DNA of 33,719 nucleotides. Source: an uncultured Burkholderiaceae bacterium (lineage in GTDB: Bacteria; Pseudomonadota; Gammaproteobacteria; Burkholderiales; Burkholderiaceae_C). The notes beneath the pieces were generated by a model. That model saw only the letters and a program-made list of their open reading frames with translations. It ran no database searches and was not told the origin of the DNA. Both the position numbers and the translations under genes were made by a program. The stretch spans positions 1 through 33,719 of the forward strand of contig CAZAIR010000001.1 in NCBI GenBank assembly GCA_964485225.1. The letters run 5' to 3'. Below are positions 1-9,658 of this stretch, piece by piece. How positions within the stretch are numbered: position 1 is the first letter of the stretch; the number at the start of each line of letters is the position of its first letter.

Positions 1-555
1 GGCACGGGGTTGGGCCTGTCGATCTGCCGTGAGCTGGCGCTGGCCATGGGCGGGGAGGTGGGTGTCGACAGCGCGCCGGGTCAAGGCAGCCGCTTCTGGG
101 TTGCCTTGCCGCTGCCGGCGGTGCTGGGGGAAGTACAGCCGCAGGAGCGGCCGCTGGGTCAGCAGCCGCTGCATGGCCTGCGCGCCTTGTTGGCAGAGGA
201 CAACCCGGTCAACACCCTGATCTTGCAAGCCCAGTTGCACCAGTTGGGCGCGCAGGTGCGCACAGCGGCCAACGGTTTGCAGGCGGTGCAGATGGCGCTG
301 GCCCAGCTGCCGGCGCTGGACGTGGTGCTGATGGATTTGCACATGCCCGAGTTGGACGGCTGGAGCGCGGCCGAGCGCCTGCGCCAAGATCCCCGCGCTG
401 CCCACCTGCCCATCGTGGCGGTGAGTGCCGCCTCGCTCAGCAACGAGCGCGAGCGCGCGCTGGCGGTGGGCATGAACGCCTTCATCACCAAGCCCTGCAC
501 CGCGGCCGAATTGGCCGCCGTTTTGATCAGCGTACGAAAGACTGCAGCTGGATGA
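1..555 (+). CDS. Hybrid sensor histidine kinase/response regulator, 3' part (HATPase end plus receiver domain); 5' truncated by the window
   Basis: G2 box [22 protein letters not shown] from base 1; receiver motifs [23 protein letters not shown]. The 3' end overlaps the convergent gspF by 29 nt. Confidence 0.9.
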   Translation, partial: GTGLGLSICRELALAMGGEVGVDSAPGQGSRFWVALPLPAVLGEVQPQERPLGQQPLHGLRALLAEDNPVNTLILQAQLHQLGAQVRTAANGLQAVQMALAQLPALDVVLMDLHMPELDGWSAAERLRQDPRAAHLPIVAVSAASLSNERERALAVGMNAFITKPCTAAELAAVLISVRKTAAG

Positions 556-1741
556 TGGGCAGCATCACCGCCATCACGATCAGCAGCACCACCGCGCCCA
601 TGGCCACGATCAGCAGCGGCTCCAGGATGGTGGCGGCGGCCAGTGCGCGGCGCTGCACCTCGCTGCCCAGCTGCTGCGCCGCGCGGGTGAGCATCTCGGG
701 CATCTGACCGGTTTGCTCGCCCAGGCGGGCGAACATGGACAGCAAGCCTGGGAAGCGCTTTTTGGCCGCCAAGGCGGCCCCCAGTGGCGCGCCTTCGCGC
801 ACCTGCACCAAGGCGTCTAAAGCGTCGGCCCGCATGGCGTGGTTGCCCAGCGTTTCGGCGGCGGCTTGCAGGGCCTTCAAGATCGGCACGCCGGCCCCAG
901 CGAGCATGCCCAGCGTGGCGGCAAAGCGCGCAGCGTTGTAGCCGCGGGCCATGCGCCCAATCAGCGGCAGGCGCAGCCACCCAGCATCAAAACGCTGGCG
1001 AAAGCTCGGCTCGCGCAGCGCCATGCTCAAGCCCGCGCCGCCCGCAGCCAGGCCCAGCAGCACCAGCCAGCCCCAGCTGCGCGCAAACGAGGACACGGCC
1101 AGCATGCCCACGGTGAGCGCCGGCAGCGTTTGCCGCGTGCTGGTGAAAGCCTGGGCCACTTGTGGCACCACGTAGGCGACCAAGAAGCCAATGATGAGCA
1201 GCGCGATCAAGCACACCACCGCCGGGTAGGCCATGGCGCCGATGAGCTTGGCCCGCAGCGACTGCTGCGCTTCCAGGTCGTCGGCCAAGCGCTCCAGCAC
1301 GGCACCCAAAGCGCCACTGGCCTCGCCGGCAGACACCACGCCGCGGTAGACCTCGTCGAACTCGCGCGGGGCCGTGCCCAGCGCGCGGGCGAAGCTGGCA
1401 CCACCGTTCACCTCGGCCTTCAGCTGGGCCAGCAGTTCGCGCTGGCGCGGCTCTTCGGCCTCGTCCGCCAGCGCGGTCAGCGCGCGTTCCAGTGGCAGGC
1501 CCGCGCCCACCAAGCCGGCCAGTTGGCGTGTCCACACCGCCAGCCCGGCGCTGTTGAAGGCCCGCGGCCGCATCGACCACCCCCCCGCCTTGGCGGTGGT
1601 TTGCGCCACCACGTCCACCTGCAGCGGCGTCAGCCCCCGCTCGCGCAGCTGCGCCCGCGCGGCGCGCGGGTGGTCGGCTTCCAGCAGGCCGCTTTGGCTG
1701 CGGCCGTTGGCGTCGAGGGCTTCGAATCGGTAAGCAGGCAT
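527..1741 (-). CDS. gspF: Type II secretion inner-membrane platform protein GspF
   Basis: Start reset to [14 protein letters not shown] (ATG 1741); [46 protein letters not shown] motifs; follows gspE. Confidence 0.95.
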   Translation of the reverse strand: MPAYRFEALDANGRSQSGLLEADHPRAARAQLRERGLTPLQVDVVAQTTAKAGGWSMRPRAFNSAGLAVWTRQLAGLVGAGLPLERALTALADEAEEPRQRELLAQLKAEVNGGASFARALGTAPREFDEVYRGVVSAGEASGALGAVLERLADDLEAQQSLRAKLIGAMAYPAVVCLIALLIIGFLVAYVVPQVAQAFTSTRQTLPALTVGMLAVSSFARSWGWLVLLGLAAGGAGLSMALREPSFRQRFDAGWLRLPLIGRMARGYNAARFAATLGMLAGAGVPILKALQAAAETLGNHAMRADALDALVQVREGAPLGAALAAKKRFPGLLSMFARLGEQTGQMPEMLTRAAQQLGSEVQRRALAAATILEPLLIVAMGAVVLLIVMAVMLPIIQLQSFVR

Positions 1742-1756
1742 GGGTTCAGTCGAAAA

Positions 1757-1834
1757 GGTCCGCCGCCGGGCTGCCCCAAGGCGGACCAGCCCCCTCGGGG
1801 GGTGGCGAAGATCCGGAGGAGCAAGCCTGGGGGC
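1757..1834. repeat. REP/MITE-like palindromic intergenic element
   Basis: Stem GGTCCGCC (1757-1764)/GGCGGACC (1780-1787) enclosing GCCGGGCTGCCCCAA, then GCCCCCTCGGGGGG (1789-1802) and a TGGGGGC end. It resembles a dispersed Burkholderiales repeat from recollection; single copy in this window. Confidence 0.55.
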
Positions 1835-1839
1835 GCATG

Positions 1840-3273
1840 TCAGTCCCGCGTGGCGCGCAGCACTTCTTCCAGGGTTGTCACGCCTTCGCGCACCAAGCGC
1901 TCGCCGTCTTCGCGCATCGAGCGCAAGCCGTTGGCGCGGGCTGCTTCCCACAGGGCGCTTTCTGGGGCACCTTCGTGGATGAGTTGGCGCACGGTGTCAT
2001 TGGCCGTCAGCAGCTCGTAAATGCCCGTGCGGCCCTTGTAGCCGGTGCCGCCGCAGTCGGGGCAACCCACGGCATGCCAATGGCCGTCGGCGTCTTGCCG
2101 TTTGCAGCTGCTGCACAGCTTGCGCACCAAGCGCTGCGCCATCACGCCCAGCACCGAGGAGCTGAGCAAGAAGGGTTCGACGCCCATGTCGGCCAGCCGG
2201 GTGACGGCGCTGGGGGCATCGTTGGTGTGCAGCGTGGCCAGCACCAAGTGGCCGGTGAGCGAGGCTTGGATGGCGATCTGCGCGGTTTCGAAGTCGCGGA
2301 TCTCGCCAATCATGATGGTGTCGGGGTCTTGCCGCAGGATGGCGCGCAGCGCCTTGGCAAAGGTCAGGTCGATCTTGCTGTTGACCTGCGTTTGCCCAAT
2401 GCCAGCCAGCTCGTACTCGATCGGGTCTTCCACCGTCAGCACGTTGCTGGTGCTGGTGTCGATGGTCTGCAGCGCCGCGTACAGCGTGGTGGTTTTGCCC
2501 GAGCCGGTGGGGCCGGTGACGAGCACGATGCCGTGCGGCTGGCCCACCAGGCGACGGAAGCGGTCGAGCAGGTCGTCGGCCATGCCCAGCGACGAGAGGT
2601 TGAACTTGGCGTCACTCTTGTCCAGCAAGCGCAGCACCGCGCGCTCGCCATGGGCGCTGGGCAGGGTGGAGACGCGCACGTCGATCGCCCGTCCGCCGAT
2701 GCGCAGGCTGATGCGGCCGTCTTGCGGCAGGCGCTTCTCGGAGATGTCCAGCTCGGCCATGATCTTCAGCCGGCTGATGAGCGCGGCGTGCAGCGCACGG
2801 TTGGGCTGCACCACTTCGCGCAAGCTGCCGTCCACCCGGAAGCGCACGGCGCTGCTGCGCTCATAGGGCTCGATGTGGATGTCGCTGGCGCCGTCCTTGG
2901 CGGCCTGCGTCAGCAGTGCATTCAGCATGCGGATGATGGGCGCGTCGTTCGCTGCCTCCAGCAGGTCTTCCACCGCCGGAAGGTCTTGCAGCAAGCGGCC
3001 CAGGTCAACTGCTGACTCAACTTCACCCACCACCACCGCCGCGCTGCTTTCGCTGCCGGCGTAGGCCAGTTGGATACGGTCCAGCAAGGGCGCTGGTGCC
3101 AAGCTCTCAAGGCGGTCAACCGGGTGCAAGCGCTGCACCTCGCTCAGGGCCGACCAGGTGCAGTCAGGGGCGGCCCACAGCACGCGCTCGTCGGCGCTCA
3201 CCTCCAGCAGCAGGCGCTGCTGCTTGGCATAGGCGTAGGGCAGGGGGTAACGGGTGGCCACGGCGCGGCTCAC
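1840..3273 (-). CDS. gspE: Type II secretion ATPase GspE
   Basis: ASDIHIEP, Walker A GPTGSGKTT, TVEDPIE, LRQDPD.IMIGEIRD, TGHLV.TLH, tetra-Cys CSSC...CPDC; GTG start overlaps the gspD stop. Confidence 0.97.
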   Translation of the reverse strand: MSRAVATRYPLPYAYAKQQRLLLEVSADERVLWAAPDCTWSALSEVQRLHPVDRLESLAPAPLLDRIQLAYAGSESSAAVVVGEVESAVDLGRLLQDLPAVEDLLEAANDAPIIRMLNALLTQAAKDGASDIHIEPYERSSAVRFRVDGSLREVVQPNRALHAALISRLKIMAELDISEKRLPQDGRISLRIGGRAIDVRVSTLPSAHGERAVLRLLDKSDAKFNLSSLGMADDLLDRFRRLVGQPHGIVLVTGPTGSGKTTTLYAALQTIDTSTSNVLTVEDPIEYELAGIGQTQVNSKIDLTFAKALRAILRQDPDTIMIGEIRDFETAQIAIQASLTGHLVLATLHTNDAPSAVTRLADMGVEPFLLSSSVLGVMAQRLVRKLCSSCKRQDADGHWHAVGCPDCGGTGYKGRTGIYELLTANDTVRQLIHEGAPESALWEAARANGLRSMREDGERLVREGVTTLEEVLRATRD

Positions 3274-5453
3274 TGCGGCTTGGTTTTGGGGGTGGGCAAG
3301 GCGGGCAACTGAGAGGCGCCGGTGTCGGGCAGCACCAGGCTGTTGCGCGGCTGCGCTTGGCCCTGCTCGGCGCGGATCAGCTCGTAGCGGCCCATCGTCA
3401 GCGTGTTGGCTTCGTCGGCACTGCGCATCACCACGGGCCGCAAGAAGATCATCAGGTTGCTCTTCGTGCGCTTGCGGTCTTCGCCCTTGAACAGGTTGCC
3501 CAGCAGCGGGATCTTCGAAAGACCCGGCACGCCGCTGGTGCCATCGGTGTATTCGTCCTGCATCAGGCCTCCCAGCACCAAAAGGTCGCCGTTGTCGACC
3601 GTGACCGAGGTTTCCACGGTGCTTTTGTTGGTGATCGGGCCTTGGGCGCTGGAGGCGCCCAGCGACGACAGCTCTTGGTAGACCACCATGCGGATGGCGC
3701 CACCCTCGCCGATCTGCGAGCGCACCTTCAGCACCAGGCCCACGTCGCGGCGTTCCACCGTTTGGAACGGGTTGGTGCCGCCGGTGCCGGTGCCTTGGGT
3801 GAAGCTGCCGGTCAGGAAGGGGACGTTTTGGCCGACCACGATCTTGGCCTCTTCGTTGTCCAGTGCCACCAGGTTGGGCATCGACAGCACGTTGCCGCCG
3901 CCTTGGGTTTCCAGGAAGTTGGCCAGTGCGCCCAGGGTGTACAGGTCACCGAACTTCTTCACCACGCCCAGGTTCAGGCCATTGGCGATGGGGTTGGTGG
4001 CCAGCGAGGTGGTGGCCGCGGTGCGGCCGCCAGCAATGCCACCGGTGAGGTTGATGATGTTGTTGTTGCCGCCACCGAAGTTGGTGCCGGCGCCCACGAT
4101 GGTGGCGTCACCCTTGTTGCCGAACAGGTTCTGCCACTGCACACCGAACTGGGCGCTCTTGTTCGCGTCCACCTTGACGATCATGGCTTCAACGTAGACC
4201 TGCGCGCGGCGGCCATCGAGTTGGTCGATGACGGCGCGCATCTGGCGGTACAGCGGCTCCGGCGCCGTGATGATGAGTGAGTTGGTGCTCGGGTCGGCTT
4301 GCACGTTGCCGCCGGTGCTGGGGCTGGGGCTGGCCGCCACCGGCGTACTGGCAGCTTGCGACAAGGCCCCGGTGGTGGCGCCGGCGGCGCTGCCTGCGTT
4401 GTTCGTGCTGGCCGTGCTGGGGGCCGGTGTGCCGGTGCCCGTGCCACCGCTGGCGCCGCCCAAACCACTGTTGGCGGTGGCTGCGGTGTTCTGCGCTGCG
4501 AAGGCGGCGCGCAAGATGGTGGCGAGCTTGGTGGCGTCGGCGTTGCGCAAGGGCACAACGCGGATCTGGCCCATCGCGTCGTTCATGGGCACGTCCAGCT
4601 GCTGGATCAGCTGTCGCAAGCTGGCCAACCGCGCCGCGTTGGGCGCACGCAAGATCAAAGCGTTGCCACGCGGGTCGGCCAGGACGCTGCCGCCGCCCCC
4701 TGCCCCCGTGCCACCGGGTTGACCTGGCACGGCGCCTGCACCGTCACTCAGGCGTTGCACCAATGCAGCGATGTCGCTGGCTACTGCGTGCTTCAGCGGG
4801 ACGATCTCAATGTCGGTGCTGGACGGGGTGTCCAGCGCCGCAATGATCTTGGCCAAGCGCGCCAAGTTGTCGGCGTAATCGGTGATCAGCAACGTGTTGT
4901 TGCCGGGGTTGGCGTTGATGGTGTTGTTGACGTTCACCAAGGGCCGCAGCACCGCCACCAGGTTGTTGGCGTTCTCGTGGCGCAGCGTGAAGATCTGGCT
5001 CAGCACCTGGTCGCCGCGGGCGCGCTGGTGGTCCAGCAACACCCCGGTGGCTTGCAGCTTGGCCTCGGCCTCGGGCACGACCTTGTAGAGGCCGGCAGCG
5101 TCGATCACCGAAAAACCCAGGCCGCGCAACGCGGCCAAGTACTGCGCGTAGGCCTCGCTGGGCCGCAGCGGCTGGTCGCTGTAGAGCGTGATTTGGCCCT
5201 TCACCCGCGGGTCGACCACGATGGTGCGCCCCAGCATGTTGGCCATGGCCCGTGTCACGGCATCGATCTCGGCGTTCACGAAGTTGACGGTGACCGGGGT
5301 TTCGGCGCGCACCGCCGGACCGCGTTGAGCCTGAGCCCAAGCGCCTGGTGCGCCCAGGCCACTGATGCAGGCTGCGGCCGCCAAAGCCACCCCGCGGTGG
5401 ACGAGCGGGCGCAGGGTGCTGGGCAAGGAAGTGGCCTGAGGGGTGGTGGTCAT
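3270..5453 (-). CDS. gspD: Type II secretion secretin GspD
   Basis: Start placed at MTTTPQ (ATG 5453); signal-like segment ending AWA; VNFVNAEI, VDPRVKGQIT, QVYVEAMIV, P.L..LDNEEA.I.VGQNVPF, VPGLSKIPLLGNLF, LMIFLRP secretin motifs. Confidence 0.95.
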   Translation of the reverse strand: MTTTPQATSLPSTLRPLVHRGVALAAAACISGLGAPGAWAQAQRGPAVRAETPVTVNFVNAEIDAVTRAMANMLGRTIVVDPRVKGQITLYSDQPLRPSEAYAQYLAALRGLGFSVIDAAGLYKVVPEAEAKLQATGVLLDHQRARGDQVLSQIFTLRHENANNLVAVLRPLVNVNNTINANPGNNTLLITDYADNLARLAKIIAALDTPSSTDIEIVPLKHAVASDIAALVQRLSDGAGAVPGQPGGTGAGGGGSVLADPRGNALILRAPNAARLASLRQLIQQLDVPMNDAMGQIRVVPLRNADATKLATILRAAFAAQNTAATANSGLGGASGGTGTGTPAPSTASTNNAGSAAGATTGALSQAASTPVAASPSPSTGGNVQADPSTNSLIITAPEPLYRQMRAVIDQLDGRRAQVYVEAMIVKVDANKSAQFGVQWQNLFGNKGDATIVGAGTNFGGGNNNIINLTGGIAGGRTAATTSLATNPIANGLNLGVVKKFGDLYTLGALANFLETQGGGNVLSMPNLVALDNEEAKIVVGQNVPFLTGSFTQGTGTGGTNPFQTVERRDVGLVLKVRSQIGEGGAIRMVVYQELSSLGASSAQGPITNKSTVETSVTVDNGDLLVLGGLMQDEYTDGTSGVPGLSKIPLLGNLFKGEDRKRTKSNLMIFLRPVVMRSADEANTLTMGRYELIRAEQGQAQPRNSLVLPDTGASQLPALPTPKTKPQ

Positions 5454-5461
5454 GGCAAGCG

Positions 5462-6256
5462 CTATCCGATAACGATCAGCGAACGGACGCCATCTCGGCG
5501 CCCCACGATGTTGAGCAGGTTGTTGAGGGCGCTTTCGGCGCCGGGCGCGGCCTGGGCCTCGCCGGTGAAGGTCAGCCGCGGTGCCAGTTGGCCTTGGCCA
5601 CTGAGTTGCAGCGCGCCTTGCAAGGTGCTGAGCTGGAGCGGCGTGGACGTGCCGGGGGCCATGCGCAAGCGGTAGCTGCCCAGCGGGGCCACGGTGGCCA
5701 CGCGGCTGCTGATGTCGAGCAGGTCGAGCTGCAGCATGCCTTCCACCGCCCAGCGCGTGCCTTGGGCTTGCAGCGCAAAGGCCTGGGTGCTCAAGTGCAG
5801 CTGCCCGGCCAACTGCAAGGTGTTCCAGGGCGTGCCCAGGCCGGTCAGCCAGCTGGCGGGCAAGCGCAGCAGCGGCGTGGCTTGGTCGGGCAGGCTCAGG
5901 CGCAATCGGCCCCAGCCGGGCTGCACGCGCAGTGCCACGGTTTGGTCGGTGCAGCAATCCAGGCGCAGGTGCAGCACGGCGGCACCGCCTTGCCAGCCCC
6001 AGCGCCAGTGCGTGCGGCCGGGCAAGCGCGCGGCGTCGCGGCCACCCACCCCGGCACTCAGCACCGCTTGGGCCGAGCCGTTCCACAGCGTGCCGCGGCT
6101 GTCGGTCAGCAGCACGTGCTCCCGGGTCTGCGTGGCCACCCAATCGGTGAGCCAGCGCGCCGGCGCCTGCGTGACCAAGGCCACCAGCGCGCCCAGCAGC
6201 AACGCCACGGCCGCCAGCCACAGGCTGGGGCGCGGCTTGCGGGCGGTTGGGGCCAT
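5462..6256 (-). CDS. gspN: Type II secretion protein GspN
   Basis: N-terminal TM, then QAPARWL, GTLWNGSA, PLGSY, L.LSGQG, LLNIVGRR; lies between gspM and gspD. Confidence 0.85.
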   Translation of the reverse strand: MAPTARKPRPSLWLAAVALLLGALVALVTQAPARWLTDWVATQTREHVLLTDSRGTLWNGSAQAVLSAGVGGRDAARLPGRTHWRWGWQGGAAVLHLRLDCCTDQTVALRVQPGWGRLRLSLPDQATPLLRLPASWLTGLGTPWNTLQLAGQLHLSTQAFALQAQGTRWAVEGMLQLDLLDISSRVATVAPLGSYRLRMAPGTSTPLQLSTLQGALQLSGQGQLAPRLTFTGEAQAAPGAESALNNLLNIVGRRDGVRSLIVIG

Positions 6257-6735
6257 CAGCCGCCTGCGCCGAGTTGCAGCACCAGGGTGCCGGTGTAGCC
6301 GTCGCCGCTGCGCTGCAGCTGGGCTTCAAGGGTGCTGGCGCGGGCGCCTTGGCGCACCTCGCCCAGCCAGCGGGTGAGGGCCGGCCCGCTGATCTGCGTC
6401 ACGCGCAGGGTGGCGCGGTCGCCTTGCACGCTGAGCTGGGCCTGCTCACCCAGGAAGCGGGTGGCTGCCTGCAGGGCTTCCTGGGCCTGCTGGGGTGCCA
6501 CCGGGGGCACTTGGCGCAGCACCTGGGCCTCGGCCACGCCGCGTTGCAGGGCTTCGAGCTCGGCGTCCAGCGTGGCCATGCGCTTGGGAGCTTGCTGCAA
6601 GGTTTGCCAGGCGGGGCGGATGGCCACACCGACCAGCAAGGCCACAGCCACCACGGCGGCGGCCACGGTCACCCCGAGGCGCTCGCGTTCGTTCAGAGCG
6701 GCCCACTTGGCGCGCAGGGGGGAGGGGGCGTTCAT
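6256..6735 (-). CDS. gspM: Type II secretion protein GspM
   Basis: W..LNERER followed by a TM helix, coiled coil and L.RWL; coupled to gspL and gspN. Confidence 0.88.
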   Translation of the reverse strand: MNAPSPLRAKWAALNERERLGVTVAAAVVAVALLVGVAIRPAWQTLQQAPKRMATLDAELEALQRGVAEAQVLRQVPPVAPQQAQEALQAATRFLGEQAQLSVQGDRATLRVTQISGPALTRWLGEVRQGARASTLEAQLQRSGDGYTGTLVLQLGAGG

Positions 6736-7925
6736 GGCACTTGCAGCACGATGCGCGCGCCGTCGCGGGTGGCACGGATGCCGTTGGCGGCCACCGCTTG
6801 GCGGAAGGGTTCAAGTTGCTCGTCGCCCCAGTCGGTGGCCGAGAGGGTGAGCGAGCCGGCTTGGTAATCGAGCGCTTGCAGTGGCGCCACACCCGGTGGC
6901 CAATGCCGGGCAGCGGCGGCCAGCAGGGGCTCGAGGTCGCGCGGGCCGGGTTGACCCGCGCTGGCGCGCAAACGGGCCAGCTCCCGCGGCGTTTGGGCCG
7001 CGGCGTCTTTCACGGCGGTGTTGTGGGGGAAGCCGCTGCGGAACAAGGCCTCGATGGCGCTTTGCTTGGCCGCTTGCGCACGGTGCTGCTGCAAAGCCAA
7101 CAGGTTCAAGCCGAGCAGTTGCAGAGCCAACAAAACGGCAAGACCGATACGCAACGCGCGCCAGTCAGGCTGCATGAAGCGGTGCCAAATCAGTTTGGCC
7201 CGTTGCAGGCCATGGATCCGCGGCGCGAGCTCGAACTGGCGCAGGTCCCAGGGGGACTGGAGCGCTTGAGCGGCCAGCGCTGCCGGCGTGCGCACGGATA
7301 CCGGCGCTGCACCGGCCAGCCAGGCCTCGGCCGCTTGCACGGCGGCGGGCTCAGCGGTCCAGCTGGCGTTCGCCACTTGCTCGGCCGGTAGCCGGGTGCG
7401 GGTGAACCCGCCAGCCAGCGGCAGCACGGTGGCGCCTTCAGCATCGCGCCACAACAGTTGGGTGCGCTCGCCATCGGCAAGGAAATGGCCTGCGCCGGCT
7501 TCACCCTCCAGCGGCCACGACGTGGGGGCGATGCGGTCGACAAACCGGTTGGCGGTCTGCAAGGCTTCGCAGGCGCTGCGCAACGGCACCAAAGGGGTGG
7601 CAGCCACCCACACCGCCTCGCCCGGCTGTGCCTTGGCGGGCAAGGCCAAGTGCAGGTGCTCCGGGTCGTCCAGCAACTGCTCTTCCAGCAGGCCTGCCAG
7701 TGCGGCACGCCAGCGTTTGGCAGGGGTGCGCGGCAAGGTGGTGCGCAGCCAGCTGACGGCGCGCGCGCCGAGCACCAGCACGAGATCGTCAGCCGGGGGC
7801 AGTGCCGCGGTCACGTCGCGTCCGTGGCCCAGGGGCTGGCCTTGGGCGCCCACAAGCTGCCAGTCCCAGGCATCGAAGCCATCGGCGGCAGGGCCATCGG
7901 GCAGGAGGAGAAGGAGTGTGGACAT
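6732..7925 (-). CDS. gspL: Type II secretion protein GspL
   Basis: LEEQLLDDPEHLHLAL, WDLRQFEL, a single TM after WR; position in the operon. Confidence 0.88.
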   Translation of the reverse strand: MSTLLLLLPDGPAADGFDAWDWQLVGAQGQPLGHGRDVTAALPPADDLVLVLGARAVSWLRTTLPRTPAKRWRAALAGLLEEQLLDDPEHLHLALPAKAQPGEAVWVAATPLVPLRSACEALQTANRFVDRIAPTSWPLEGEAGAGHFLADGERTQLLWRDAEGATVLPLAGGFTRTRLPAEQVANASWTAEPAAVQAAEAWLAGAAPVSVRTPAALAAQALQSPWDLRQFELAPRIHGLQRAKLIWHRFMQPDWRALRIGLAVLLALQLLGLNLLALQQHRAQAAKQSAIEALFRSGFPHNTAVKDAAAQTPRELARLRASAGQPGPRDLEPLLAAAARHWPPGVAPLQALDYQAGSLTLSATDWGDEQLEPFRQAVAANGIRATRDGARIVLQVP

Positions 7926-7944
7926 CGTGGCGGAGGAGGGCGCG

Positions 7945-7956
7945 CGATTCTAGGGA
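7945..7956 (-). promoter_or_regulatory. Putative internal sigma70 -10 element (TAGAAT) upstream of gspL
   Basis: Minus-strand TCCCTAGAATCG, using the gspK stop codon; the identical 12-mer lies upstream of sppA (26325-26336). Confidence 0.4.
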
Positions 7957-8942
7957 CGGGGGGCGCCGCTGATGCTGGGGTTGACGATGCCCTGGGCGGT
8001 GCTGCTGACGCGGTCGCGCCAAACCACTTCCACGTCCAGGCCACGGCGGCGCACCAGGGATTGCTGCGACATCACGCGCTCGTCCAGTCGCAGCCGGCCA
8101 CCGATCAAAAAGTAGCCACTGGCCACCGACACCCGCTCGCCACTCAGCGCTGCACCTTGGGGCAGCAGGGCCTTGACGGCGTCGAGGTTTTTGAATGGCG
8201 TGTTGCGGCGCGCCTGCACCAAACGCTCGGCGCTGGCCAGGTCCAGCCCCTCGATCAGGGCGGCGATGACTTCGCGCGGTGCGGTGTTCAGGTTGACCGG
8301 TGTGGGGACGGGCAACAAGGTAACAAAAGGTTCCAACCGGCGGATCGATTCGGCGTCCAAGCCCAGCCAAGCCAGCTGGGCCACGGTGCGTGGACGCAGT
8401 GGCGTGCTGGCGCCCTCGTTGCCGGTGTTGGCAGCGGCGCGCAAGCGCGTCACCAGGGTCTCGGCCACGCTGGGGGCCACGCCGGCGTGCAAGCACAGGC
8501 GCTGCACGGTGCGCGCCTCCAGGGCGTCGGGTTCGCGGCTGCGCAGCAGGTTGTTCAAGTTGTAGCGCGCCTGGGCGTCGTCGATGGTGCCGCTCAGGAA
8601 GGCCTCTGGGCCTTCGTCGGCGCGGGCGTTGTCGCGGTCGGCGGCCAAGAAGGTGGACAGCCGGGCTTCAGCCAGTGGCACGGCCCAAACCTCGCCCAGG
8701 TGATCGGTCTCCTCGTTGCGGTTGGCGCGCGCGTCTTCGCGCAAGATCAGCCGTGCCCAGTCCAGCGCGCCGTTCAGCACCCAGGCGGCCTGGGTGCGCG
8801 CGCGGTCGGCGGCTTCGGTGTTCACGGCGCGCACCTGGCGCCACACCATGGCGGCGGCCAGCGTGGCCACCAGGGTCACGATCAGCAGGGCGGTGAGCAG
8901 GGCGGCGCCCTGGCGCTTGCTGGGTGCTGGGCTGTGGTTCAT
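7950..8942 (-). CDS. gspK: Minor pseudopilin GspK
   Basis: Prepilin site RQG|AALLTALL, DHLGEVWA, I.DAQARYNLNNL, VNLNTAPREV. Confidence 0.93.
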   Translation of the reverse strand: MNHSPAPSKRQGAALLTALLIVTLVATLAAAMVWRQVRAVNTEAADRARTQAAWVLNGALDWARLILREDARANRNEETDHLGEVWAVPLAEARLSTFLAADRDNARADEGPEAFLSGTIDDAQARYNLNNLLRSREPDALEARTVQRLCLHAGVAPSVAETLVTRLRAAANTGNEGASTPLRPRTVAQLAWLGLDAESIRRLEPFVTLLPVPTPVNLNTAPREVIAALIEGLDLASAERLVQARRNTPFKNLDAVKALLPQGAALSGERVSVASGYFLIGGRLRLDERVMSQQSLVRRRGLDVEVVWRDRVSSTAQGIVNPSISGAPRP

Positions 8943-9658
8943 CAGGCCCCCCCCGGCACGGCGGTGACCTTGGTCAAGGGGCCACCCCAGCCACTGCCAC
9001 CCTCAAACACGAGTTGCAGGCGGATGCCTGCTGGCAGCACGACGCGAGCTTCCGTTTGACCGACCGTGGGGGCGCTGGCGCCGCTGGCCGGCGGCGTGGC
9101 GCCGCCACTGGCGTTCGGTGTGCTCCCTGCCGCCACGGCGGCGTCCTTGGCCGCGGTGGCGGCGGCGGCTTCGAGGTCGCCGCTGGACATGGCGTTGGTC
9201 CAGGCATTGCCACGGAAGTAGGCGAGTTGCCAGCCCTCCACGCCCGGCAGCACCGCCAGCGCCTGGGCCGCCAGGGTGGTGGACTGCTGGGCCCGCTCGT
9301 GGGCGCGCATCAGATCGGCCACGTTGGTCAGCGGGGCCGAGGCCCAGCGCCACCAGCGCCCTTCCGCCACCCACCAGACCACGACCTGCAGCCCGTCGGG
9401 GCTGCGGCGCGTCAGGCGCAGGTGGCGGCCATCGAAATCGAGCGCGGGCACGACCTGGCTCTCTTGCAGCTCGGCCAGGTCTTGCTCCCACTGCGCCATC
9501 ACGGTTTGCAGCCGCGTGCTGCGGTCGACCGAGGCTTGCGCCACCTCGCGGCTCTTCAGCAGGCCGTCGATGCCGCGCCAGGCCATGGCCGCCATCAGCG
9601 CCATCAGCGCCATGGCCACCAGCACCTCCACCAAGGTGAAGCCGCGGGCCGGCCGCAC
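8942..9658 (-). CDS. gspJ: Minor pseudopilin GspJ
   Basis: GTG start at 9658 overlaps the gspI stop; RG|FTLVEVLVAM prepilin motif; C-terminal LPAGIRLQL. Confidence 0.88.
   Translation of the reverse strand: MRPARGFTLVEVLVAMALMALMAAMAWRGIDGLLKSREVAQASVDRSTRLQTVMAQWEQDLAELQESQVVPALDFDGRHLRLTRRSPDGLQVVVWWVAEGRWWRWASAPLTNVADLMRAHERAQQSTTLAAQALAVLPGVEGWQLAYFRGNAWTNAMSSGDLEAAAATAAKDAAVAAGSTPNASGGATPPASGASAPTVGQTEARVVLPAGIRLQLVFEGGSGWGGPLTKVTAVPGGA

Noticed and set aside
1742-1951. Extended gspF N-terminus
   Set aside because: It runs through the intergenic repeat and gspE; the family-typical start is MPAYRFEA.
5454-6329. Apparent 1019 aa GspD with a long N-terminal extension
   Set aside because: The extension is an alternate frame over gspN; the signal-like segment begins after ATG 5453.
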